A program made the translations under genes and the position numbers. A stretch of DNA of 64,000 nt from Lingula anatina (lineage: Eukaryota > Animalia > Brachiopoda). Below are positions 36,401-50,228 of the stretch, in pieces. The notes below the pieces were generated by a model. The model did no database searches and was not told the origin of the DNA. It saw only the letters and a program-made list of their open reading frames with translations. The DNA lies in contig CM120642.1 of the NCBI GenBank assembly GCA_051362555.1, forward strand, positions 11,656,001 through 11,720,000. Reading direction: 5' to 3'. The first letter of the stretch is position 1; every line of letters begins with the position of its first letter.

Positions 36401-39400
36401 GTGTAGCAGTCCATATGTCTATCTTTAGAAGTGAAAATTTGAGTTAGGTGCTAGGACTTAAATGGCAATAAATAACACAGTGTGTATTTAGTCTGTGTAA
36501 AATGTCAAAGTAATCAGCACAGCACCCAGCAACGGGAAATGCAACATTTTACTCACTTTGAAGGTGCCCAATTTTGCAAAATCTGGAATGAGGTAGAACT
36601 TGATTCCGTTCAAGGCTCCTGGGAGGGTAACACCCCGCACCAGCAAGATGATCAGCACCAGATAGGGGAACGTAGCCGTCACATACACAACCTGAAGTTT
36701 GTAGTCTAAGAGTTCAATAGTGGTTAACTGGTGAAAAACACACAGAATAATCTTACAACTGGGATGACTGTGAACTTTTGAAGAAAAAAATGAACAAATA
36801 AAATGACAATTTTGCCTAGAGGAAAGAATTTTTTAAATAACAATAATGAACATACAGTACAACCTAAAATTTTCCACTGTCTGCAAAAAGATGCAACTTA
36901 AATACCAGGTGGTTGGTCTTAGACATCTTATTTATTATCTTGGATACTTGAAATTACCGGTATATGTACCACACAAAAGAGACCTTACATCCAGGAACTC
37001 ATTTGTTCACTCACCCTGCCAGAGGACTTGACACCCTTAAACAGGCACAGAAACACCAAGATCCAGGCCACAATCAGAGACACCAGCAACTGCCAACGAA
37101 TGTCACCAAGGTCATCGATGCCACTTGTCAGCTCCAAGACATGGTTTCTAGAAGGTAAATGACAGGTGAGACTGAATTCAAAATTATCTTTTAAAAGATA
37201 TATTGAGAAGTAACCCAGGACCTGTTAATATTACACATGAATTTCTTTATGCTTAGTGGAGTTAAATATTGAAATTACTTGTATTTAATAGGACTTAATA
37301 CAAGTCAGAGATAGCAACAAAAATTACAATGAAACGAGCGATCTTCAACCTTTTCTCAAAAACAAAGTCACTTACTGCCAGTACTGCTCACTGGGGGTCT
37401 GCTTGGGCAGTTCTGAGGCATTAGCAACAACAGAGGTCAGCACTGCAGACACTTCAGTGCCATTCACACTGAAGGTGGTGTTGTAAGTCATGACAGTCTC
37501 ATTGGCAGCAGTCTGGTTGAGCAAGGTCTCATTTCCATTGTGTGCTCTAAGAGCACAGCGGTCATCGTTCCACTCGTTCCCACAGCTGGCCCAAGGCAGG
37601 ACCGACCTGAGAGACATCACCAGGTAGTACAATGTCCAGGTGATGATGATGTTGTAGTAGATACACACGATTCCAGAGATGATGACCATGCCCCAGCCAA
37701 TACCTAGAGTCGAAAAATAAATACCATCATCTAATGATGACCTGTGATGGCAACAGAGAAAAAATAAAGAACTTCTAGATCAGAATCAGAATTTAACACT
37801 GACAAAAACTTTCTTACACCCAACTTGTTAAAAAAAGGAAACCTATGAAAAACCTACCAAAAAGAAGAATAACACAATGTGGCCAAGATGAAATAGAGTG
37901 GAATATAGAAACATATAAATTCATAGAACCTTAGCTAAAATTATGAGGAATTTGGAAAGTTTTTGTTTTTTTTTTTGCTTCATATATAGGAAAAGGGTGC
38001 ATCACACAAAATAAACACCCCATCCACCATGCTAATAGACCCTTTCAAATATATTAACATTAACTATAGTATGTTTTAACTTGATTGCACCAAAGGACAA
38101 AATCATCAACAAATTTCATTTTCGGACAACAAACAGTCTAAATTTACTCAACATCAAGGGTAAATATACAGAAAGCATATCAATTTACAGTGTGCTTATA
38201 AATCTTTTACGATTATATATTTTTTACGCATCACTCTTTTTGTACTGCAATCAATCAATCATTTCGTTTGTTTGCTTGATTTGCAAAGAAGTCATTGTAA
38301 ACCATTGTAACATTATGAGTCAAAATTTAGCCTAATGTCAGCTACTGCCTGAAGCTCTTAAAAGGACCTTTACTAAGTGGAGTTGTAAGAGCAATGTTTC
38401 TTTTATGGTTTGTAATCTCTAAGCAAGTACTTTCAGAGCCTGAAGACGAAAAACCTGACGTCATGGATTTTTCCATCAAGCTGTTCACACACAAGCACTG
38501 CACAAACGTAAATCCAAGACCTCCAATACAAAGAGGCATGGACGTGTGTAATCAAGAGAAAATAAACCACCGTATTGATTGTGTGATTTGACATTTAATT
38601 ATGAGAATAAATGTGGCAGACATATTAGTGCCGAGCCGGAAGCGGTGTTATATTAACTAACTGAATGGCAGACAGGAGTAGCATGGAGAAAAGTAACTGA
38701 CAGATTTCGTTTAATAAATCTCACCTACAAGAAATATCAGGACTTATTTTTTTTAACACAAAGCAAAAAAATGAGAAATGTAAAACAAAAGTCTCCATAT
38801 CCCCAAGTGAGTTGTTTATCCCATTGATGGAGCATGGTTGGAAGATCAATTTAAAAAATGTGTCTTATGTCGGAAAATCAATATGTGCTGTACCTTATAC
38901 TAGTATTCGCAGCTTCTTACATCGCAAGTATTTTCTATTTGCCAAAAGTATTGTTTATTCATCACTTTCAGTAAGAGCAGTCAAATATGCAAGGATGTTA
39001 CATGCACCGACAGTGTATAAGCACAGGTATAAGAAAAATCCCCCAGTATTTTCCTTCTTTATAAACTTTTTATATCTTAACATCTCATAAAAAGGGCAAG
39101 TAAATCAATATACATGCACAACACAGCACTTCAACCTTCAGCACTTCAGGTATCTGATAGGAAAAAGTGACTGAAAGTTTTGTGGGGGAGAAAAATACAG
39201 AGGAGTGGTCTTAAAAGTTTAATCCAACTCGAGTTCTTTACAGCCTGGTCAATCCTTGGTGCCATTTCCAAATACAACTTAATTTTTAAGAGTTCAGCAG
39301 GTCCACGTTCCCCATTAAAACCTGCAGAGCAGCAGCAGCTGATGCAAATTCCCTGCAAACTAATATAAACATATCTACCAAATAGAACATACCTTTGAAA

Positions 39401-41785
39401 AGAGGGCTCAGCTTCCATACTGCAGTGGGACTCAGGCTGGCAAACTGACCGTAAGACACCTCCAGGAAAAACAGAGGCATTCCACACAGCAGCAGGAAAG
39501 TGATGTAGGGAATGAGGAATGCTCCTAAAAGAAATCGTGAAAAAGGAAATCATTTACAATATATTCAAATGTGTATTGTTTTCAGGCATTTAAAGTGAAA
39601 TATCTTTTTGACAATATTTTTCTGTTTGTTTCATACTTTCATACAACATAAGTACAAAGAGCCAGGTTGTTGGTTAGAAATATGATTATATTCAGGTATT
39701 TTTAGTAAGAATACCTGGTCAAATTTTCTTCAACAACTGCAACTGCATTCATTTTTTTCTGATTTGACAGAAAACATTCACTGAACATAAGATAATTTGG
39801 ATCCAATAAAAGAATTCAGAGTTGGCAGATCACAAATTCAATTTTTCTAAAGAAATGCTGGTATTCCTTAAAGCTCTGGGGCAATAAAAATACTCAATAG
39901 CTTAGGCACAGGTTAAATGTGTTGAGTTTAAAATGCAAAAACAGGTGCAAAACTGATTTACATTTCAGGTGCAACTGCCATGAGTCACACATGATCAGCA
40001 GACTTGTGCAAGATATTTAAAAAAAAAGGGGGCCCCTTGTACATCCAGCCACTTCAGATTTGTGGCTGGCAGACGTAGTCAAAATCTAATCATCGTCCTT
40101 GAATTTCTTGTCTTTTGAATCTCGAGCATGTGCTCTTTAAACGTTAATGAGCAGGCAGAATGCAGGCTCATCTATATAAAGCTACCAACACTAATTGAAA
40201 CTCTTAAAAATAGAAAATATCTTGGAAAAATGACATATCTAACAGAGGTAGAACTGTTTATATTATACATGTACTTACATGCAGACTTGAAAATTTAAAT
40301 GCTAAATGTTAAGTGTGCAGCAAACTACACTTAGTACATCATCATCATTAACATTCCACCTTGTATGTACTGTAAAACATACCAAAATGTATCAAGTACT
40401 CTACTTTCATCAAGCTGCCTGCCATTTGGGATTCAGAGAAAAACTTTGTGATAAAGGGGTACATTCCCATGGTGCTATTTTCCCTGGAAGCTTTTCCCAT
40501 AAAATTCCTGAGAATATTTTACTTTTTATATTTACATGTAGCAGAATTGCCTTAGCAAAAGTGCAGCGATAATATCATGATCACTTCTCTCTCATTACCA
40601 TATGATTTCAGAAAATGTTTTGTAAGGAGGCAGGTGGGTTACGCTGCAATTTTTAGACAGGTGCCTTATCAATCAGTATTCAAATTACGGGTTCCTTCAA
40701 AGTTTATCATCCAGATTCAGATAATGGCATTACCAACACACTTGGTTGCATATCCCCTTTTCCACTTGTCATAAGGGGAGGGGGAGGATTTAACAGGTTG
40801 ACTTTCTGGCAGGACAATATGTTTTGTGCAAAACTTTTCAGAACACAACCCGACTGGCAATGTAAATAAACATCTACTCTACCATCTACCACAGCATATT
40901 TCTGCAAAAGAGCTTACTTTAAAAATACATAGCTTATGACCATGATAAGTGAAAAAAAAAAACAAAAAAATAAAAAACAGACAGAGCTGTGTCAATCAAA
41001 TGGAGAATTAGGCCCCACGCAGGTGCCCTCCATGGGAAAGTCCAGTTTCCAGACATATTATATACATTTCCAGGGGCAAGACCGCAACTTGGCATTAGTG
41101 TTATGTAATTCCATCAGCATGCTTTAACCCAAAAGGTTTCAAAAACATGTCAAGGTGACCTTTTGGCTTAGAATCGCCAGTCACACCTAGAACCAAGATC
41201 AGTTCCGCTTTACATTTTTTTGGGTCAGAAGTTTACTTAGTATGCTAAAAGCAAAGAAATTCTAAACCAAAACAAGCTTTCAGCTACAAGAGTTACATAA
41301 TCCCAGAGGCATGGTGGAACTGAAAACCCTGTAAAACAAGTCTTGCTGTAAGCAGAATGTTGCCAGTAATGAACTTTTTTTTTTTTGCTTTTTTCACTTT
41401 GAATTCCTAATCTGTCTTGTCTATGCCACACCCTATGTTTTTGCAGGGGTTTCCAACAAGTTAAAATTTTCAGTAAATTAGTACGTTTACCATATTTTTT
41501 TCTTTTTCTATTTCTCTCCTTTGATCACCTTCTACATATTAGCAATTGCTGTTTTACCCTTAAAGAAATATGTTTGAAAAACTTACCTCCCCCATTTCTA
41601 TAACACAGGTAAGGGAATCTCCAGATGTTTCCCAAACCAACAGCATAGCCCACACAAGAGAGCAGAAAGTCCATGCGTCCAGTCCAGTTTCCACGTTCAG
41701 TGTTCTCATCTCCACTCATACTACTGGAGCTACTGAACGTCCCCACGGAGGAATCATCATCCTTTCCATGAACCAGGCTGGCACC
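24044..41785 (-). CDS. SLC6 (neurotransmitter:sodium symporter) amino-acid transporter, glycine transporter (GlyT/SLC6A5/A9)-like; start codon unresolved
   Basis: Exons 41785-41587, 39524-39393, 37703-37376, 37147-37015, 36691-36557, 34595-34492, 31951-31827, 31641-31529, 25896-25765, 25415-25316, 25160-25060, 24745-24578, 24298-24044 (2025 nt in one frame). Motifs [113 protein letters not shown]. Gly rather than Asp in TM1 indicates an amino-acid substrate; Trp in TM6 is GlyT-like. Confidence 0.93.
24381..24447. repeat. (AT)n microsatellite in last SLC6 intron
   Basis: Directly visible. Confidence 0.95.
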
Positions 41786-43450
41786 CTGTATAATAAAGAT
41801 AATTTTTTTCAGTTTACTAATTTAAACTATACATTTTCTGAAATGTTCAATGAGCTATCCTGGAAAATACATTGAGATTGAATTGTTGTAATTTCCATTC
41901 AATTTGGTTGGTGTTATTGAAAACTCATCCAGGAACGGAATGACAGTCGAGGAAAAAAAAGAGTTGTAAGATACTGGCTTATGAACTAGTCGGTATAGCA
42001 AAGAAAATTTTCACCTGACTGTAAAATAGAAACCCTACTCTTTTGATGTTCAATATCCACTATAAAATTTATTAAGTGCCTTGTCAAAAAGTAAGAATTT
42101 ATTCCTGCTATGTCATTTTGAGGAATTTACCTGGCATTTGCAAAAAGTAAGTACATTTTGGAAGCCATTTTCATTACTCTTTCACCTTTGAAATTTGCCC
42201 CTTCCTTCTCTTCAAAAATCTTTATGGGGAGGGGGAGGGGGTTTAAATTCTTTCTTGGATAACATTCATCCATGTATACGCTAATGCCCCTTGAACTACA
42301 TAAGAACTAAAGTGATAAAATTTGTGTATGAAAGATGAAAAGCAATCAGTGCCATTGTACAACTCTGCACGGTTCTTATGCAACGTCTGCTAGTATGAGT
42401 CGATATGTCAATAGAAATTTGATCAAGCAGCTCATGTCAATAAAAATTGCGATTATTACATGTCCAGAGTGTTTGGAATAATTGCATATGTCAATTTGTA
42501 GTTTCTGTTATTGACCAATTTTGCATTCCCATCATACGTACAATTCCTTTAGACTTGTGCAACTATAGTAACCATCAAAATAACACTTCTCCTCTGATAA
42601 TGAATTTACACAGGGGGGGTGGAATGGCCTTTAAACTTTACACTGGTAGTATATGTAGATGGAAACTAATATATTTTCCTTTCAAACACAAATCAACCCT
42701 AACAAACCAATGTTGTTTCACATATGATTCATTATTATTTATCTATCTTATACTAACATCAATGTTACAATATACTAACATAATGTCATCATATCTATTT
42801 AGGAAGTAATTTGCCCTTCCTTCCTTCCTTGCAACATTTTACTGATAAATGTCTGATAAAAAAAAGTACCGCCCCTCTCTACTATACTTAGTTACTTAGT
42901 GCTTAATCCCAATCAAGCTGATAAGTCAAAAGCCAAATTTTTCTGAGCTATGAAAAACTAACCTTTCTATTTCTTTCATGGCCAAATTTGTCACAAAATT
43001 AGTTCAAAATTAGATTTCCCTGCAATTATCCAAGTATTTGGATAAAAGGAATTCTATCCTAAAATGAGCCAAGCCAATGGCCAGGTATGTTCAAGGTTTA
43101 AGTTACCGTCAGGTATACAGGAGCTAATAGAGATGTTAACTATCATGCAAGGGTATCATGTTTGGGCTATTAAGGACAACAACAACAATGAATGGGCATA
43201 CTTAAACCATTAAGATGCCTTTCTTATTCAAAGGAGCAGTGTGGAAAAAGTCCAGCTAGCAGCACTTTTCTGTAAAGGATACAATAATAAGGAGTGCTCT
43301 ATTACTCATGACAACATCCTTGTCTGTAGGAGATATTTATGCTGTGTTTGGGGGCGTGAGGTAGAACAAATATGGACAGGTCAACTACAAGTGGACATCA
43401 GGAAAGGTGCTCCCTAATACTTTGACAACTGCCCATTAATTTGTCAATGC

Positions 43451-43455
43451 AAAAA

Positions 43456-43497
<42 letters not shown>
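43451..43497. repeat. Poly-A plus (AT)n microsatellite
   Basis: Directly visible. Confidence 0.9.
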
Positions 43498-43501
<4 letters not shown>

Positions 43502-44483
43502 GTAAGTAATAAAAGGGCCAAATAAAATGAAAATAAATATTTTATGAAGTACTTAAACTCTAAATATGTCCATAAACTGCCAAAATTATTCTCATAAAGA
43601 TTCTTCTCTGAGAACTTACTGTTTTTAAAGAGACAAAAATGAATATATTTAAAACAGAAAGGAAAAATTACAAATTTGGAATTTTTCATATAGAACATAG
43701 ACTATGTGTTATCAACATTTTATTTTTTTAGGCAGAGAGATTTGGGCTCATCTACCAACATAACTCCCATTATTTCTTTAATTTCTTTTGCAAAATTAAT
43801 CAGCAGCCTTCCATAATTAATATAACATGATACCCGTGAACATCTGGCGCCGTGATTTTGACGTGTGGATATCGATGTGGGCGATTTGTGTGCCAGAGAT
43901 AGACCTCAACGGTATCTTTAATCATTGAACGCATTCATACCAGAGTGTACTATAATAGTAGGTGAAGTTATTCAGACGAAAATAACTTGAAATCTGATCT
44001 TGTTTGCTAAGTTGCTTATCTTGTTCCGCTTTGCCTTACCCCGTTTTTATTTTCATTCTCATATTTCTGCCCTTTCTCACGCCCTTCTCAGAATATGGAA
44101 AATGATAATGAAGAGTTTTTTTTTATTTGATAAAAAAAACTTAGATAATTTATATACGCTAAGAAAAGAACTATTTCATAAACTTAGCAAAAATAATACA
44201 ACGCAACAGTCACCACGCCCCAATAGCCACTTTATTAATTTGGCACCAGTGCCAGCATTAAAGTGTAAATTGACTTTCATCAATGTGCGCACAGTATAGA
44301 AGTATCAGGCGGAAAATTAATATTTAACGCGACAACTACGGTAAACAATAGGTATCCATTCATACGATCATCAATTACATAAAAGGCATGCCGCTCTGTA
44401 AATGAAAGGGAACGACTCCAAATAGTTAACCTAGTTTCTTAATTTTTCAACCAATCATTCACGTGGAACGCTGTATTTTTCCG

Positions 44484-44491
44484 TGACGTCA
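44484..44491. promoter_or_regulatory. Full CRE palindrome TGACGTCA with adjacent half-site and E-box
   Basis: CACGTG at 44460, TGACGTCA at 44484, ACGTCA at 44496. Motif match only. Confidence 0.3.
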
Positions 44492-44543
44492 TGATACGTC
44501 ATGGGTCAAGCCATGTGGCTCATTCACAAAAATACTCACTCAC

Positions 44544-44621
44544 CCCTGTCGAATTCCAAGTAAGACATAGTTAACTATGAAATAAAATGCTATCTCAAAG
44601 CTATCTTACAAAAGCCTTAAC
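44544..44621 (-). other. Candidate upstream (5' UTR or start-containing) exon of the SLC6 gene
   Basis: Acceptor TTTTTCAG before 44621, donor GG|GTGAGT after 44544, ATG at 44568 (MSYLEFDR). Its phase (1) does not match the exon at 41785 (phase 0). Confidence 0.35.
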
Positions 44622-47058
44622 CTGAAAAACTTAACATCTTTGTATTTTGCCGACTGTCGTCTTGGAAATTTTCCATTACCAAGAGAAAGAGTGTAACATT
44701 ATGCGGCGTGTACTGCAGTCCTCAGAATTCCACGTTTTCTCATTACTTTGCAATTTATTTTTTATTAATAATCAATTCTACTCACACTATTCATCAGAGT
44801 TACGCCCGATTTTTCATCATCCAACTGAGACAAGTGAGTTTTCTTCTTATCAGGCATTTTGGTTTAGTTTCCCAGTCAACAATCTTCAATACTTGTTTAC
44901 GAGAAAATTTCTTGATTCTGTTTCGATGGCGGGCTTCTCCCATGCATTTTATATACACGGCTTTTCAATTGGTCACACTTTCAAAGGAGGGGAGCAGGTT
45001 GTGTAGTTTTGTTTAAAAAATAGATTTTTTGTTTGGTTTTTTATTTCTGCTGATACAGGCACTATACATAAAATTTGCAAAATATAAAAGATTATCAAGT
45101 ATGTTCCCAATAAATAGTTAAGACCCGATTTATTATTTAACCAAAAGACTAATGCACCTCATATGGAAGAGTCCATTATAACGAACACGGTGATTGGTTC
45201 GAAATGTCACGCACGTAAAGTCATAATTAACATAACTGTTATTGATTTATATCCCACTCCCTTCTTTGCACATAATATTATTGATAGATCAAACAAAATC
45301 ATAAAGGAGTTGCTATATGTATCTGTAAAATTTGTACTACAGTACCAGCCACTCACGAACTGCTCAATGAAGCGCAATGTAACGCTATCATTCAATTCAT
45401 ATAAATTGCTTTTCAACAATATTATTTTTTCTGTTCAAGTGTTCTGACAAGTTCGGATTTTGAAATAAGAGCTTAATAGTTGTTGTTAAAGAAGTTCACA
45501 TTACACACAATCATACAAGGCTTCAGTGCCGTTGATTTATACTTTGTTGGCGGCAAAATGGGAACCCTGGCCCAGCTGCCAGCGGCATCATCATGTCACA
45601 GTTATTCCTACCTGAATAGGCGTCCTTGCAAACAACATATTTCTCGTATAAGCCTACTGATGATAATAATTAAGGCTCTTTGAGCTTCAGCGCCACATAC
45701 TGGTATCATCCCCCCCCCCCCCCCCCCACCACCACCACCACCACCACAACAACAACAAACACACATAATATACATCGGATGCATGCCAGCCCGAAATACA
45801 CAATTAACGGCCATGTAGGCCTACATAAGTATCTGCTGCAGTCGTTACTAAAACACCTGAAGGGCACAGGTCTGCGTTAAATGAAAAGCCATTGGTTTTG
45901 GTGCAAGCATATTTTGCTATTTATAAGTGTAACGTTTGAACTATTCTTCTAGTTCGTGTCGACCCAGCCAGTAGGTTATGTCAATATGAATGTGCACGTG
46001 AGATCTAAATTGTTAGGTATCCGGGTTTTCGCGCCAAATCTCATTTAAAAATCTAAAAAGGAAAAAATCCTTCTTACTTATTATATACTAGTAGACACAG
46101 ATGCTTTTATTTGAGAGATTTTAACATGTCAAATCGGTGAATCGGGAAAGATAATTACTATTTATTATCTTTGCGGGATATATAGATAGGGCCTATATAA
46201 AAATATGACTTATTGACATTTTCAAGCGCGTTAAGTATACTTTTAAAGGAATGAATTATACAAACAAACACGTGCAAAATAAAACAGGCCACATCCCGCG
46301 ATGATTCAAGACATTTACAAGCTACTCGCAGGCTCTTACTCTGTGTGCACAACATGATTACATTTCATCTGCACGGTCTGTAGAGATAAGCGTTCAGCAT
46401 CAACATTACGTAAAGCAGCGAATAACTTCTACATGCTGAAACGCCCTCTTTTGATACGTATAAAGGGTATTCTCTCCAGCTGGGGGTGAATATTTCACTT
46501 TGCACACTCCTTCAAGCCTACAGAAATAGAGGTTTTGTGTCCCTTCTTCAAAAGCAATTTTACCAGCATTAAAATTGATGCTCTGGGAGTTTTTTTTTTA
46601 TTACCGTGAAGACTTATATTAAAACAAGGCTGAAAGGTTCGGTTAACCATAAATATATGTTAAACCCCCTTACATAAAACTAGAAATCGAAGGAGCTCAT
46701 ATATCGTTACTACTCATATTCAAGTAGTTGAAATTACAGTGGTTATTCAGCTAAAAAAAGAGCTAAAACGAGCTAAAACTAAGTTTTTCTGGCTGCAACC
46801 AGTCTGTGCTGGTCATGGCTATACAAAGAAAAATCGATCGAATATGACGCATGGCTTAGCAACGCTGGTTATAATCGATACTCAGTAATACAAAGGGCGA
46901 ATTTAATCGCGACCAGTATGTTACATGTATTATCGCCTTACATAGGGCCAAACAATATTCAAATTATAATAATTGTTATTATTATAATCATGCTTCCCTT
47001 CTTTTTCTAATATTACTTTTGTGTTTGTCCACAACACTGGCTAAAAAAAAAGATGTGC

Positions 47059-47128
47059 TATATTATATTATATTATATTATATTATATTATATTATATTA
47101 TATTATATTATATTATATTATATTATAT
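47059..47128. repeat. (TATTA)n pentanucleotide microsatellite
   Basis: Directly visible. Confidence 0.95.
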
Positions 47129-50100
47129 GTATAATGTACAATACAGGCACAGGTCTAGCACGAAGAGGACGGGTAATGATTTCCTCAGTACATGCATTGT
47201 GACTAATGTATGTCTTTAACTATTTGTGTGTTAGTGCAAAAATATTCCAATACTTTGTGGATGAAGACGGAGTCCCCCTGAATGTCAGGATCTTTTTGAC
47301 ATTTAAGCTTTTCCAAAGCCCAATGTTTTTTTCGTCTGCATTTTATCTTAAATTTCTGATTTACTATTAATTTTTGTTTTATTTTTAAGTTTAAAAATTT
47401 GCACAATATTACATGACTCTTTTATCTGTTTGGCTTAATTATTAAGGGGAGAAAAAATAGCTACACTTTCCCCGTTGCGATCGATATATCGATTTTAAAG
47501 ATTATTTTAGACCGTTGTACAAAATAATAATGAAATGGAATTAAAATAAGGAGAGAAAGAGAGCTTTCTTTTGTCTGTTTTCCAATACTTTCTTTCAAGA
47601 TTTGTCAGCAAATGTGTACTTTGTCAGCCAGAGCCCCCCTCCCCCTCCCGCCTCCCCGTGCACTTGGACATCAATCCTGGCCCATCAATCCACGTGCTTT
47701 TCTCCGGTCTTCCTAAAATTCAGTCACAAGAAAAGTTATTCAACACCATGCCGTCTGCTCTCTAGTTTGCGACATAAAAAGTGCGATGCTTAATTGATAA
47801 ACAACTAACCGCAACTATTTAGACTAGAAAGACACTCCACATTTCATAGGAATGAATGCCAAGCTACAGATAAAAGGATGTTATAATTTCATCATGACCT
47901 TCAAGCGCTTTCTTTGTGAAAAATGGATGGAAAAGTACCTGGTCTAATCGTGACAGAACATTACTGAGATGGGTACAGTTATTCTTAAAGACCAATCGGA
48001 CAATAGTTGCAGAACGGGTTTTAAAGAAAGAAAAGAGAAAAATATAAATGTTTTTTATTGCCATGCACGCTTTGAAAATAACTGTTCTACTATAATCTTG
48101 AATCAAAAACCAATTATTCAAAATTAGAGATAAAAAAGTACACAAGTGAAAAAAACTACGTAAGACCTCTTTCTTCACAAAGGTAAAATCACAAATAACC
48201 CTCAGTTGTAAGGAATTTTTTGCCACGTGTCTACAAAGACAAAATAGATGTAACCAGACGGTTTGTTTTACATTCCAAGAAAACGGCATTCAAACAGATG
48301 CCAAAAAGTGCGAACATTTGAGACAATATCGTCAATAATAGAACTTGGCGATGACAGATTGCGCTGCATCACAGAGAGTCCAGTAGCTGTATTTTTCCAT
48401 GAGGCGAAGCACACAACAGTGGTCATACGATCATTTGATCCGATGGAATGTGACAAAAAGAGCCGAAGAATGATTTGAAAGGTCGTCTAGGTCTGGTAAA
48501 TGTCTGCGTCTCTTTCCAACCAAGGCCTTTGGGAAAATTGGATAAGGGAACAGAGCCAACGGGTACAGTCTTTTGTAAAGACATTTTAGGAGAAAAAAAT
48601 TAGAGCCCGTCGGAAAACATCTCCGCTGAGATCAAAATGTATGCAAATTCATTTATGCAATTGCTAACTTTCAACACGTGCTTTTATTACAGTAGCTTTT
48701 GTTAAGTTCGTTTGGGTGTCAGTTTGAATTAATTGAAGTCATTTTGCATTCTTCAAAGTCTCTCTCTGAAAAAACATTAAATCAAAAGTCGGGGTAATAT
48801 GAGGGCTCACGTTTTCTAATTAAAGTAACTCTCAAGTAACAACCCAACCATTGTTTGAGGGGCCCTGTTTGAGACCCTAAACACTTCACGAAAAATACTT
48901 ACCTAGACAAAAATAGGCTCTTACCTCTATTTAAAGTACTTTGTCAGCTGTATATCATAGCAAAAAAAAACTTGTAGTGTCAACTAAATCAGACATTCAA
49001 TCTAATTGCGGTTACATCAAGAGCACTCCCTTTGATGTGAGGTCATCTGCGAGATTCACAGTCAGAAGAAGTTACTCTGCATGGCAACGGTTTTTGACTG
49101 CGTGTTAAGGCAAGTTCACACACGGGATTTTTTATCAAGCGCAAACTGGCAAATGATATTTAACGCAGCGCAGCGTAGTTGTGTTAATTTGCTAATTTTT
49201 TTCTTTTGTGCAAAGAATGTTCATGTAAAATTTTCTGAAAAATGTTTGACAAAAATAATAAATTGATGCATTGCATATCATCCTCTTTTCTGAAAAAAAA
49301 AATCAAAGAAAGGTGTCTCAACTATATTCCAAGCGAAGGAAAAAAAAACAATGAAAAAACCAAAAGAAAGCAAGGATAGATGTCTACTTTGTTTTGAAAA
49401 TAACTAAATCATATCCCCAAATTTGTTTACAAAAAAGGGTAAATTCATAGTGCTGCGCAGTGTAACTGTCATAATCACGTAGCATTATGCTTAAAAAACT
49501 TTGTTAACATTTTCACCCCCTTTTGACCAAAAAAGTTCAAGAAAAATTGAAAAATAACAACACTTCAGTAAAAAGGCATATACAGTAGTTTTGGTGAGAA
49601 GAAGATTTACAATTAATTGCGTCGGAATAATCAAGATCAGATCAATATACAGTAAGTCTATGGACACGTTCATTTTAAAACCACCTTTTATCACAACACT
49701 TTTTTTTCCCTTTTTTTAAATATATTTTATAATTATATCTACTTTGAAAGATCAGGCTCACCTGCTGTTACAGTGGAATAAAGCCCATTTATACATTCCA
49801 GTTATATCATCTATATGATTGTTCACGGTCCCAAGGGTTTGCATTTACTAACGTGGCTGTTTTACTAATATTTTTGTTCCAAAGTAAGTGATTACTAGTG
49901 ATTACTATCTCAAAAACATTAGTAAATTCCAGTTATAGATATTTCCATGTTTTCACTACATATAAAGCCAAATTCTTGTGAGTGAATAGTAAATTATATC
50001 CACTACCACTTTACATGTAAAACATAGAACTTCAATCCTGCTCTCGACCTCTTTCTCCTCTGTTTAATTCGATCTATGATAGATCTGTAGCGGTCTGCCT

Positions 50101-50189
50101 AGATGAAGAAATCAGCCCTGACGTACGGTTGTCTTATTTAGAGGACTGCTCATTTAGAGGGCCACGATTTTCGGTTTTTATCTTTTCGA

Positions 50190-50192
<3 letters not shown>

Positions 50193-50223
<31 letters not shown>
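50193..50223. repeat. (GT)n microsatellite
   Basis: Directly visible. Confidence 0.95.

Positions 50224-50228
<5 letters not shown>

Noticed and set aside
24044-41785. Mutually exclusive duplicated exons or U12/non-canonical introns in the SLC6 gene
   Set aside because: No duplicated exon copies were seen and all mapped introns are ordinary GT-AG.
48263-48478. Overlapping short ORFs upstream of the SLC6 gene
   Set aside because: No recognisable homology or coherent exon boundaries.
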